Positions 25,997 through 34,370 of a DNA stretch of 64,000 nucleotides are shown in pieces (the first letter of the stretch is position 1; each line of letters begins with the position of its first letter). Source of the DNA: Patescibacteria group bacterium. Lineage in GTDB: Bacteria; Patescibacteriota; Patescibacteriia; Buchananbacterales; GWA2-38-13. The position numbers were made by a program, and so were the translations under genes. Below the pieces are notes generated by a model. It saw nothing but the letters and a program-made list of their open reading frames with translations, had not been told where the DNA came from and did no database searches. The DNA lies in the NCBI GenBank assembly GCA_028712155.1, contig JAQTQO010000003.1, positions 2,309 through 66,308 on the forward strand, given 5' to 3'.

Positions 25997-26010
25997 ACCG
26001 CACGGAAATT

Positions 26011-27600
26011 TTACCCGAGGTCCTTCACCAGGTACGTACCCGCTCGGCGGTAGCCGAGACGGCGGTAGTAGGGGCGCACGCCGACGCCGGAAATGACGGC
26101 GATTTTTTTTATGCCGCGGCGGCGGGTGATATTTTCGGCCGCGGCCATCAGCTTTTTGCCCAGTCCCGTGTGCTGGACCGGGCCTTTCTTTGACAGCGGC
26201 GTGAGTTCGCCGTAGGTGTGCAGTTCGCGGATGATCGCCGCGTTTTTTAATTCTGGTATGAAGTTTTGCTCCGGATGGTCGTTGAAACGCAATCGCAAAA
26301 AAGCGTAGAGGATTTTGGCGTCTTTTGATTCGTAGCTCAAGAAGTGCTCCACTCCTTCCGACGCCCGATATGTTTGCTTGCGGTAAACGATTCCTTGCGG
26401 TCTGTTTCCTGCATCCTGTTTTCCCATCCGGTGGCCGGCTTCGCGGCAGCGAATGCACCGGCAGCCGGTGAACTCTTTCGCGATCATTTGGCGGAGGTTG
26501 GTGATTTTGTTACCGGCGACAATGCTTTGGGCCGGAATGTCGCGCACCAGCCGCGTGATGCGCACATACGGCGGAGTGATTTTTTTTATGGCGATAATGA
26601 TTCTTTTTAATTCGGCGTCCGTGTACGGCCGGAATTTTTTTTGCCGCCACCAGCGGTGGAGCAACGTGCCTTTTGTCACGACGCAGGGGTAGATTTTCAA
26701 AATGTCCGGCTGGAAATCTGAACTGGTATATATTTTTTTAAACATCACCAAGTCTTTTGCGACGGTGGAACCGGGCAAATTGGGCATCAGGTGATAGTGG
26801 ACTTTGAATCCGGCCTGCTTGAGTAGCCGGGTAGCGGTTATCGTTTCCCGCACAGTGTGGTCGCGACGGTTCTTTTCGAGCACGCGGTCGTCAATATTCT
26901 GGACACCGATTTCCACGCGCGTCACGCCAAGCTGCCGCAGAAACCGCAGCTCATCTTCCGTGACGTATTCTGGACGAGTTTCGATACTGATGCCGATGAT
27001 GCGATTGTGTACGTGCTCGTTTTGGCGCTGGGCGGCTGTCAGCGTTGGCGACGTTTTTCCGTTGGCGGCGTCAAAGCAGCGCTTGATAAACAAAGATTGA
27101 TATTTCCGTGGGTATGCCGACCACGTGCCGCCGAGGATGATGAGCTCGACCTTGTCGGTAGCATGGCCGTTGCCGTAGAGGATTTGCAAACGCCCGCGGA
27201 CCTGGCGGTAGGGGTCAAATTTTTCCCGCACGGCGCGCATGATGGCCGGCTCATTCGGCAAATAACTTTTCGGCATGCCCAAGACATTGGGGCAGTACGC
27301 GCAGCGACCCGGGCAGGGGAATGGTTTGGTAATCACCGTGACCGGCGCAACACCGGAAAGTGTTCGAATGCTGCGTTTGAGCAATCCCTGCTCGATTGCC
27401 GGATTTCTCTTCACTTCCTTTCGTTCAACCATCCGGCGGTATGCTAAAAGCACCGCAGCGTTCGACGGCGTTGTGCGCGTAAGTTTTCCGGCCAGACGAT
27501 CCTTTTTCGCCACAATGTCGCGCGGCAGTTTGAGCCGGCTTTGGGCCAGTGCGCGGGCGATTTTTTTTGCTGCAGTGTCCATTTCGGTTGATAGTTCCAC
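26011..27600 (-). CDS. elp3: tRNA uridine(34) carboxymethyltransferase-like Elp3 (radical SAM + GNAT acetyltransferase)
   Basis: Radical SAM 'FPCPGRCAYCP', Elp3 core and C-terminal GNAT ('GLGKKLMAAAE'); 529 aa like archaeal/bacterial Elp3; GTG start with a TATAAT 14 nt upstream. Confidence 0.85.
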   Translation of the reverse strand: MELSTEMDTAAKKIARALAQSRLKLPRDIVAKKDRLAGKLTRTTPSNAAVLLAYRRMVERKEVKRNPAIEQGLLKRSIRTLSGVAPVTVITKPFPCPGRCAYCPNVLGMPKSYLPNEPAIMRAVREKFDPYRQVRGRLQILYGNGHATDKVELIILGGTWSAYPRKYQSLFIKRCFDAANGKTSPTLTAAQRQNEHVHNRIIGISIETRPEYVTEDELRFLRQLGVTRVEIGVQNIDDRVLEKNRRDHTVRETITATRLLKQAGFKVHYHLMPNLPGSTVAKDLVMFKKIYTSSDFQPDILKIYPCVVTKGTLLHRWWRQKKFRPYTDAELKRIIIAIKKITPPYVRITRLVRDIPAQSIVAGNKITNLRQMIAKEFTGCRCIRCREAGHRMGKQDAGNRPQGIVYRKQTYRASEGVEHFLSYESKDAKILYAFLRLRFNDHPEQNFIPELKNAAIIRELHTYGELTPLSKKGPVQHTGLGKKLMAAAENITRRRGIKKIAVISGVGVRPYYRRLGYRRAGTYLVKDLG

Positions 27601-27621
27601 AGGTAAAGGATACCATTATAC

Positions 27622-28332
27622 ATGAGAGCTATGAAACAAGCCACGGCACAAAAAATATTGCAGCAGACCAAGGAAACGTATAACTCGATCGCGAGTGACT
27701 TTAATGCTACGCGGGGATATCTGTGGCCCGGTTTTGATAAGTTTTTGGCGTACGTGCCAAAAAATTCCCAGGTGCTTGATGTCGGCTGCGGTAACGGTCG
27801 GCTGGTGGAATTATTCGCGCACCACGCCGTCACCTATACGGGAATAGATGCGAGCGAGGGGCAGGTAACTTGGGCGAGAAAAAACCATCCGGTCGGCCGC
27901 TTTATGGTGGGCGATACTTTGCAGTTGCCGTTTCCCGACGCGTCATTTGACGCAGTGTTCATGATCGCGGTACTGCATCATATCCCAAGTCGCGCATTGC
28001 GCCAGCGTGCCTTGCAGGAAGTGCGGCGTGTGCTCAAACCGGGTGGTGTGTTCATTATGACCAACTGGGATTACTTCAACCGGACATTTGAAAGAAAAAT
28101 TATCGCTCAATTTACCATCAGAAAAATTTTCGGTAAATCAGAGCTTGATTTTAAGGACATTTTGAAGCCGTGGGCGCATTCCGGTCTAAGCCGTTACTGC
28201 CATTGTTTTACCATGGGCGAAATGCGACGGGCTGTAGCCGCGGTCGGTTTTGCCGTCAAAGAATCTTTCTACACGGCCAAGAGGGGGCGCAACGCCGAGC
28301 GGAATCTCGTGGTCATTGCCAGGAAACGGTAA
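27622..28332 (+). CDS. class I SAM-dependent methyltransferase, Trm9/ALKBH8-like (putative tRNA mcm5U methyltransferase)
   Basis: 'YNSIASDFNATRGYLWP', 'VLDVGCGNG', 'MIAVLHHIPSRALRQRALQEVRRVLKPGG', 'RYCHCFTMGEM', 'RNLVVIARK' parallel Trm9/ALKBH8 blocks (as recalled); divergent from elp3 by 21 bp. Confidence 0.6.
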   Translation: MRAMKQATAQKILQQTKETYNSIASDFNATRGYLWPGFDKFLAYVPKNSQVLDVGCGNGRLVELFAHHAVTYTGIDASEGQVTWARKNHPVGRFMVGDTLQLPFPDASFDAVFMIAVLHHIPSRALRQRALQEVRRVLKPGGVFIMTNWDYFNRTFERKIIAQFTIRKIFGKSELDFKDILKPWAHSGLSRYCHCFTMGEMRRAVAAVGFAVKESFYTAKRGRNAERNLVVIARKR

Positions 28333-28480
28333 GGCGTCGCGCATTTTACTGTTGCCCCTCCCGCATTGACAGAACCATGTCGGCGTGGTAGCATGTTTTT
28401 TCGTTTGGATGTAATTGTCAGGTCTTTGAATAATCGGCTGGGGCAATTCACTTGCATATGAGGAAAAACTGGAGGTTGAT

Positions 28481-28873
28481 GTGGAGCGAATTCCCATGCA
28501 GACGGTTGTCCGTCACCGGCTATCCGGCCGGGTCGGCGTGACGGTACCCGACCACTTCAATATTTGTATCGCCGAGGAAACCTTCGTGGTTTTCGATGGC
28601 GAGCAGGAAGGACAGGGGACGTTCACCGAGGATCTCGAGGTGGTCGGTCCGGAGCATGCCGTGGCGGATCCCGTCAAGTGCGGTATCGGCACCGGCGGGA
28701 ATGCCTGCATGTTTTTCTCCCGCTCGATGAGCGGCTGCCATTGCGAGCGGTTCGGTCCGGACCGTTTTCGAACCATCGCGAGTGCAGAGCAGTCGCCGAC
28801 ACCGCTGCGGCATCCCGCGCAACTCTACCCGAATTGCCTGCTGCCGCTGCCATCAGCGCCCGCGCAGTCCTGA
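28481..28873 (+). CDS. hypothetical protein
   Basis: GTG start with SD GGAGG 5 nt upstream; own promoter (TTGACA-N17-TAGCAT at about 28353) and terminator. Confidence 0.5.
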   Translation: MERIPMQTVVRHRLSGRVGVTVPDHFNICIAEETFVVFDGEQEGQGTFTEDLEVVGPEHAVADPVKCGIGTGGNACMFFSRSMSGCHCERFGPDRFRTIASAEQSPTPLRHPAQLYPNCLLPLPSAPAQS

Positions 28874-28887
28874 CGCTCCTTTCCGTT

Positions 28888-28916
28888 TCCGCCCCCTGCC
28901 CGGGCGGATTTTTTTG
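28888..28916 (+). terminator. intrinsic terminator
   Basis: Stem 'tccgccc'/'gggcgga' followed by T7. Confidence 0.65.
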
Positions 28917-29011
28917 ACAATGCAGTAGCATGCATGATAAGACGAAGTTTACGTTGATAGCTCTTTGTTTACCCGATAGCCGATACGTTAATTGACAATG
29001 GAGAAGGTGGA

Positions 29012-29875
29012 ATGGTAGAGGCCAATGACTTACGACCCATCGTCTGCAAGTTCGACGGTACGGCGACCGCGAACGCCGACCGGTTGCGCCGGGTGCGCGA
29101 CATCGTGAGGTCAGACCCGCTGCGGCGGTTCGTCGTGGTCTCGGCGTTCGGGAAATACACTCACAGCGATCACGACTGCACCAGCTTGCTGATGCTGTGC
29201 GATGCGCACGTCCGGCTCGGCTACCGTTTCGACCCGTTTTTCAAGCCCATTGCCGAACGGTTTCGTACCATCGTTCGTGACTTGCAGCTGGAAGTCGATA
29301 TCCAGCGACTTTTGGATGAAGTCGAGGCCGGCATCATGACGCAGGCCGAAGGTAATAAGTGTTACGCCGCCAGTCGCGGCGAGTACCTCATGGCCGTTGT
29401 TGTGGCCAACTTTTTGGGGTGGCCGTTCATTGATGCCACGGAGGTCATTCGCTTCAGTGCGGACGGTGCGCTCGACAGCGCGGCCACGAACGCGGCAATC
29501 GCGGAACGACTGTCGCAGGTCGAACACGCGGTCCTGCCGGGATTCTACGGCAGCCTGCCGGATGGGCGGCTCAAGACGTTTCCCCGCGGCGGGTCGAACA
29601 TCACCGGTGCGTTGGTGGCCGGCTCCGTGCATGCTGCCCGCTACGAGTGCTGGACCGACGCGGCAGGACTTGTTTGCCCGGCCCCCGGCGCAGAACCGGT
29701 TGGGCGGATGACCTACGCCGCATTCAAAGCTCTGCCGGAGGGCGGGGTGAAGATTTTCCCTGCCGAAGCGCTGGCGGTCGTGCAGGAGACCGGCCTTCTC
29801 CTCAACCTTCGCGACACCGATCGGCCGGAACATCCGGGCACGCTGATCGTGCCCGACCATCGCGCGTTGCAATGA
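29012..29875 (+). CDS. aspartokinase-like amino-acid kinase (catalytic domain only, no ACT domains)
   Basis: 'CKFDGTATANADRLRRV...FVVVSAFGK' N-lobe and 'RGGSNITGALVAGSVHAARYECWTDAAGL' C-lobe match the aspartate kinase fold; ends at 287 aa with no regulatory ACT region. Confidence 0.65.
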   Translation: MVEANDLRPIVCKFDGTATANADRLRRVRDIVRSDPLRRFVVVSAFGKYTHSDHDCTSLLMLCDAHVRLGYRFDPFFKPIAERFRTIVRDLQLEVDIQRLLDEVEAGIMTQAEGNKCYAASRGEYLMAVVVANFLGWPFIDATEVIRFSADGALDSAATNAAIAERLSQVEHAVLPGFYGSLPDGRLKTFPRGGSNITGALVAGSVHAARYECWTDAAGLVCPAPGAEPVGRMTYAAFKALPEGGVKIFPAEALAVVQETGLLLNLRDTDRPEHPGTLIVPDHRALQ

Positions 29876-29886
29876 CCTTTCGATAC

Positions 29887-29919
29887 GGCATGCGCATAAA
29901 CGCATGCCGATTTTTTTTA
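29887..29919 (+). terminator. intrinsic terminator
   Basis: Stem 'ggcatgcg'/'cgcatgcc', 6-nt loop, followed by T8. Confidence 0.75.
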
Positions 29920-29944
29920 ATAACAAAAAAACGAAGGAAAATTT

Positions 29945-29980
29945 TTGACACTCCACGATTGGTACGGTAGACTGCCGGTG
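29945..29980 (+). promoter_or_regulatory. sigma70-like promoter TTGACA-N17-TAGACT with a 16-nt core identical to the arsR promoter
   Basis: -35 at 29945-50, -10 at 29968-73; 'cggtagactgccggtg' at 29965-29980 is identical to 12380-12395. Confidence 0.55.
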
Positions 29981-30062
29981 GCTCGTTCGGTTCGTTGAAA
30001 AAGTGTTACTGTTTTGGACATTTCAAGCCACCAGGAATTCAAGTTACAGGAGGTACGTTGTG

Positions 30063-30611
30063 ATGAATAAGAAAAACAAACGGCGCTGGCTGCCCAAGAC
30101 CGACGATGAGCGGCGGCTGCTGTGCCGGGCGGCGCAGTTCGTGGTGCACGGACGGGAGTGCGGAGTGAAGTCGCTCACGGCAGAGCTCGACATCGCGCCG
30201 GCACTGGCCAGAAATCTCCAGTGGTGGATGGAGGATCACGAGGTGATCGAAGGCTGTCGCAACGGTCCCGGCCGACGGAAAGTGCTGGTACCGGACCTCA
30301 AGGCGCTGGGCAGGCGGTTTCCGCCGTTCGCCAAACTCATCATCGATGACGGCAACCATACGTCGCCATCCCCGTCTCCTTTACCGGCCGCTCGCGCGCC
30401 GGCACCACTGCCCGATGAGGCGGACGTCGGATCGCCCGACAAGGGGTTTGCCGCACCCGGAATTTCGGCGAAGGATCTCGAACGCCTGTCCGGGAAATTA
30501 CGGCAGCTGCTGGCTGCCCAACGCCTGGTGTTGGGCGACACGCCCGGCACAAAAATCATCCAGGAGACGATCGTTTTGTTCCAGAAGCTCGTCGAAGAGC
30601 GTAGCCACTGA
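30063..30611 (+). CDS. hypothetical protein (possible N-terminal HTH, Pro/Ala-rich linker)
   Basis: SD AGGAGG 9 nt upstream of the ATG; own promoter and terminator. Confidence 0.5.
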   Translation: MNKKNKRRWLPKTDDERRLLCRAAQFVVHGRECGVKSLTAELDIAPALARNLQWWMEDHEVIEGCRNGPGRRKVLVPDLKALGRRFPPFAKLIIDDGNHTSPSPSPLPAARAPAPLPDEADVGSPDKGFAAPGISAKDLERLSGKLRQLLAAQRLVLGDTPGTKIIQETIVLFQKLVEERSH

Positions 30612-30695
30612 ACCTTGGCAAATACTTCACCGCGTTACTCGCGCCGCGACCCATAGTCGTTGGCGCGTTTTTTAATGCGCATTGCGCGGCCATGA

Positions 30696-30724
30696 TTGAC
30701 GTCACTTCCGTTCCATGGTAATAC
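30696..30724 (+). promoter_or_regulatory. sigma70-like promoter TTGACG-N17-TAATAC
   Basis: -35 at 30696-30701, -10 at 30719-30724, upstream of the Cys-rich gene. Confidence 0.45.
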
Positions 30725-30782
30725 GGGAACGCGTTTTTTGAACCTTGTCATTTTGCTCGGTAAACCCGGTAGCGGAGGAGCC

Positions 30783-31997
30783 ATGACCTTCGAACAACCG
30801 TCGAACGCATTGCTCATCGCAACGCGTTGGGATGAGCTTTCGCCTCCTCCGGGGCCAAAACGGAGGACGGAACTTCTTGCAGCCCAGCAGAGGGCGCTGG
30901 GAACCGAAGTTCCCGAGAATGTTTACTGTAAAATGCACGGAGAAGAGATTTCCGTGCGCCGGTGCTTAGCGTCCCAGTTCGACCCCAAGTGCCTGGGCTG
31001 CAGCGCCGTTTCCCATCTCTGCCATCGTTGCTGGTTGCAACCGATTGCGATGGCCGAACTGGAGCTGTGCGCGGAATGCCTGGAGTTCTTCCTGGCGGAA
31101 GAGAAATCCCGCGGCCAGCCGCAGCTGGATGACGAACGGATCGTTTGGTGTCTCGTTGAGAAACGAAAAGTGAAAGTGTTCGGTTGCCGTCGGCGGCAAC
31201 TGCGCAGCGCCAAGTCGTGCTTCGGCTGCGGCCAACCCGCACGCGTATGCGGGTGCAAGGAATTTCCCGTGTGCTATCCCCAGGACGGCTACTGCCGCCG
31301 CTGTGCGGTGAAAACCTACGGCGGCGATGAGTACGCGCCGCTCATTGCACGGGCGCACGCGCCCGGACGGTACCGGGAACTCTGCGGGCTGCATCGGGCA
31401 AGAGTTTCGAGCCGGGCGAACCCTTCTTTGACAAATCCTTTGCCGGTTCCCGCGGCGGATGCGGCAGCCGACGGTCGTTTGACGGGAATCGATGCGTTGG
31501 CATGGGAAGCTGCCATGCGCATGGTTATGGATTTCCAGGAACACGGCAAGGCGAACACGGGACAAATTTGGCTCGCCAAACAAGGGAGAATTCCCATCGC
31601 AGAGGCCCATGCGCTGCAGCTGCGCCTCGAAAAGCTCGGGGTGCTTGGCCCCAGTAGCGGCACCACGCAACCGCGCCGGTTACTGGTGAGGTCGCTTGAA
31701 GAGCTTGAGCGGGTAGTCCGCCCGAAGCTGAAACCGTCGGGTGTTCCCGGCACACCGGCAGTTGCGCCAAGCGATGCCGCATTAGCGCTGCGGCAGATCG
31801 AAGAGCTCCTGGGCGCACGACCGAACGGCACGTTGGCGCCCGGGCAGGTCGGCACTCAGCTGCAAGTCATCTGCCAATACCTCGAGCCGCTCGGCTTTCC
31901 AACGATCGTTGCCGTGCTGCAACGGGCCAGCGACGGCCTGAACGCGTTCGGGCAGATCATCGGCCAGATGGATAGCTGGCTCAAGCGTACCAAGTGA
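30783..31997 (+). CDS. hypothetical Cys-rich protein (multiple CxxC zinc-finger-like motifs)
   Basis: SD GGAGGAG directly before the ATG; about 22 Cys in the N-terminal 200 aa, arranged as repeated CxxC and CxC pairs. Confidence 0.55.
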   Translation: MTFEQPSNALLIATRWDELSPPPGPKRRTELLAAQQRALGTEVPENVYCKMHGEEISVRRCLASQFDPKCLGCSAVSHLCHRCWLQPIAMAELELCAECLEFFLAEEKSRGQPQLDDERIVWCLVEKRKVKVFGCRRRQLRSAKSCFGCGQPARVCGCKEFPVCYPQDGYCRRCAVKTYGGDEYAPLIARAHAPGRYRELCGLHRARVSSRANPSLTNPLPVPAADAAADGRLTGIDALAWEAAMRMVMDFQEHGKANTGQIWLAKQGRIPIAEAHALQLRLEKLGVLGPSSGTTQPRRLLVRSLEELERVVRPKLKPSGVPGTPAVAPSDAALALRQIEELLGARPNGTLAPGQVGTQLQVICQYLEPLGFPTIVAVLQRASDGLNAFGQIIGQMDSWLKRTK

Positions 31998-32025
31998 CGC
32001 CGCATTTTGAACATTCTCTGGCACA

Positions 32026-32060
32026 GATACCCCTCTGTGCCAGATTTTTTTATAAAAAAA
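32026..32060 (+). terminator. intrinsic terminator after the Cys-rich gene
   Basis: Perfect 11-bp stem 'tctggcacaga'/'tctgtgccaga', loop 'tacccc', followed by T7. Confidence 0.8.
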
Positions 32061-32062
32061 GA

Positions 32063-32093
32063 GCGGGGACGGTGATCTCCGCTCAACGTTGAA
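32063..32093 (-). terminator. candidate terminator for parB (minus strand)
   Basis: Stem 'gagcgg'/'ccgctc' preceded on plus by A7 (a U-tract on minus). Confidence 0.5.
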
Positions 32094-32118
32094 GGTTCCG
32101 CATGCGTGCGCCGCACCG

Positions 32119-32919
32119 TCACGATTTGAGTTTTTCCTCAATGAATGCTACGAGCGTGCGCAGCTCGGGGCCAAGCGTCTCCCTCCTTCCGCGGGGAAGG
32201 TCTTTCCAGGCGCCATCGAGCGCGTCGTAGAGTTCCTGGACGAGGTTGGTGATGCGCTCGAGCGAAACGGTCTTGGGGCGCTTTGGCTTGTTGGGGCGCT
32301 TGGGCTTCGCCCGGTTCGAGGTTTGCAGGAAGCCTTCCAGGTCGCTGACCGACCACCGGCGGGTGGCGGCCAGTTGGGCCGCCCGTTCCTGCACGACCGA
32401 GTCACCGGTCATGGCGTTAAGCATCTTCCCGTGCCCGAGTCCGATCTCGCCCGAATCGAGCAGGTCCTGGACGCGGGGTGCGAGTTCCAGCAGCGCGAGA
32501 CGTTCGCGCACGTAGATCGGGGACTTGCCGAGACGTTCGGCAACGCGTTCGACGCTGCCTGCGCAGTGGTCATCGCGGAGCCGCTGGATGCCCTCGGCCT
32601 CCTCCATGATGGTGAGGTTTTCGCGCTCGACGTTGTCCGTCAGTGCGAGCGACGCCGCTTCGGCGTCATCAGCAGCCTTGACCGTGGCCGGAATCTTGTC
32701 CCGGCCAAGGTGGACGAACGCTTGCAGGCGACGGGCGCCGGCGATGAGTTCGAAGCGGTTGCCCTTCCTGCGTACGATGACGGGGTTGATCAGCCCCTCG
32801 ATGCGGATGCTCTCCGCGAGCGATCCGATGCCGTCCGCGGCGTTCCGTCGGCGCGGTTGGTACGGGCTGGGGTCGATGTTGGCGATCGGCAGTTCCACGG
32901 AAACCGTGGATGGCGTCAT
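32119..32919 (-). CDS. parB: ParB/Spo0J-family partition/nuclease-like protein (orphan, no adjacent parA)
   Basis: ParB box 'NPVIVRRKGNRFELIAGARRLQA', HTH 'AERLGKSPIYVRERLALLEL'; SD GGGAGGTG before ATG 32919. Confidence 0.8.
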   Translation of the reverse strand: MTPSTVSVELPIANIDPSPYQPRRRNAADGIGSLAESIRIEGLINPVIVRRKGNRFELIAGARRLQAFVHLGRDKIPATVKAADDAEAASLALTDNVERENLTIMEEAEGIQRLRDDHCAGSVERVAERLGKSPIYVRERLALLELAPRVQDLLDSGEIGLGHGKMLNAMTGDSVVQERAAQLAATRRWSVSDLEGFLQTSNRAKPKRPNKPKRPKTVSLERITNLVQELYDALDGAWKDLPRGRRETLGPELRTLVAFIEEKLKS

Positions 32920-33059
32920 GATCCACCTCCCTTCACGAGCCGTAGGTTGGATTCGCAAATTCCGAAAAGGTCAACGATCTGCCCACCAGCCTACTGGTTT
33001 TATGTAAAAAACGCAAACGTTTGGTGGCCGATAAATCTTTTTTCCGATATACTAGGACT

Positions 33060-33347
33060 ATGCCGAAGTTATCGTCAATATTTTCCGGCGTCCGTTACGG
33101 GCGGTATGACAAGCTCGTCCATTTTTTTGCCAGCGCCGCTATTGCCGTAATTTTTTTGCCCATCCTGCCGTTACCGCAGGCGGCAGCCCTGAGTTTGAGT
33201 TTCGGTATTGCCAAAGAGCTGTACGATTGGCTGTGGCGTCACGGCAGTTTTGACTGGTACGATATTTGCGCCGACGCTTGCGGGGTGGCGGCGGCAACCG
33301 CCGCGTACGGGGTGATGCTCCCGATCATGCTCCGGTCTGCGGGGTAG
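33060..33347 (+). CDS. small membrane protein, VanZ-like
   Basis: 'YDKLVHFFASAAIA' (DKxxHF) and 'GIAKELYDW...DICADACG' resemble the VanZ family; a TATACT 7 nt upstream suggests a leaderless transcript. Confidence 0.45.
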   Translation: MPKLSSIFSGVRYGRYDKLVHFFASAAIAVIFLPILPLPQAAALSLSFGIAKELYDWLWRHGSFDWYDICADACGVAAATAAYGVMLPIMLRSAG

Positions 33348-33466
33348 TGTGCCGGCGCCTGGAACATGGTTGCCGGTCACCGCCAGATGTTGACAAACCG
33401 GCCGGGTTTGGCGTAGTATATCGTATGCCGATGTTGGTAATCCAACAGGTTAATTATTAAGGGAAC

Positions 33467-34258
33467 ATGCGACCTATGAAATTTATCGAAGGTTTGCCGT
33501 CCAAGACCGCGTTTTGGCTCGGGGCGGTCGGCGGAATGCTCACCGTATTGGCGGTGGGGTTTCTCGTGACGTTACCGATGGTGCTGGCCGGTACCGGCGG
33601 ATCCGGCGGCAACGATACCGTGATTGCCGCTAAAGCGACCCCCAGTCCGGGAAAAGTCGCCGGGGCGGCGAATACGCCCGCGCCGGGTGGACTCCCGGCA
33701 GCCGGCGAAGTAACGCCGGTGACCTCAAGCGATCACGTTCTGGGTGATATCAACAAAGCCAAGGTGTTTTTGATCGAGTATTCGGACATGGAGTGCCCGT
33801 ACTGCCAGCGGTTCCATGCAACGATGCACGAAGCGATGAAAACGTTCGGTACGGATGTCGCGTGGGTCTACCGGCACTTCCCGCTGTCGTTCCACGCCAA
33901 CGCGGAGAAAGAAGCGGAAGCTTCGGAATGTGCGGCGGAGCTGGGCGGTAACCAGGTGTTTTGGAAGTACATCGATGCGATCTACGAACGGACGAAGACC
34001 GGCGGGACCGGATTTGCGCTTGATCAACTTGCCCCGTTGGCCAAGGAGCTTGGATTGAACGAAGCGAAATTCAAAACTTGTCTGGACAGCGGCAAGTACG
34101 CCCAAAAGGTGCAGGACATGATGTCGGGCGGCGAAGCCGGCAGCATTACCGGTACGCCGGGAACGATTTTGCTCACCCGGAGCGGTGAGAGCGGCGTCAT
34201 TTCCGGCGCACAACCGCTTGAACAGCTGAAGGCGTCGGTGAACCAGTACCTCAAGTAG
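33467..34258 (+). CDS. DsbA-family thiol:disulfide oxidoreductase, membrane-anchored
   Basis: N-terminal TM, thioredoxin-fold active site 'CPYC', 'VFLIEYSDMECPYCQRFH'. Confidence 0.8.
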   Translation: MRPMKFIEGLPSKTAFWLGAVGGMLTVLAVGFLVTLPMVLAGTGGSGGNDTVIAAKATPSPGKVAGAANTPAPGGLPAAGEVTPVTSSDHVLGDINKAKVFLIEYSDMECPYCQRFHATMHEAMKTFGTDVAWVYRHFPLSFHANAEKEAEASECAAELGGNQVFWKYIDAIYERTKTGGTGFALDQLAPLAKELGLNEAKFKTCLDSGKYAQKVQDMMSGGEAGSITGTPGTILLTRSGESGVISGAQPLEQLKASVNQYLK

Positions 34259-34370
34259 GCGCCTTGAACTTGGAATGATCACCCGCCCCGGACTCCGGGG
34301 CGGGTTTTTTGTGGTGCGAATATCGTGGTATGCTCTTAGTGGCTATCAAACAGGCGACGGGAATCATGCA

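Noticed and set aside
32089-33150. 353-aa plus-strand ORF over parB
   Set aside because: Antisense to ParB, whose ParB-box and HTH motifs and GGGAGGTG SD are clear on the minus strand.
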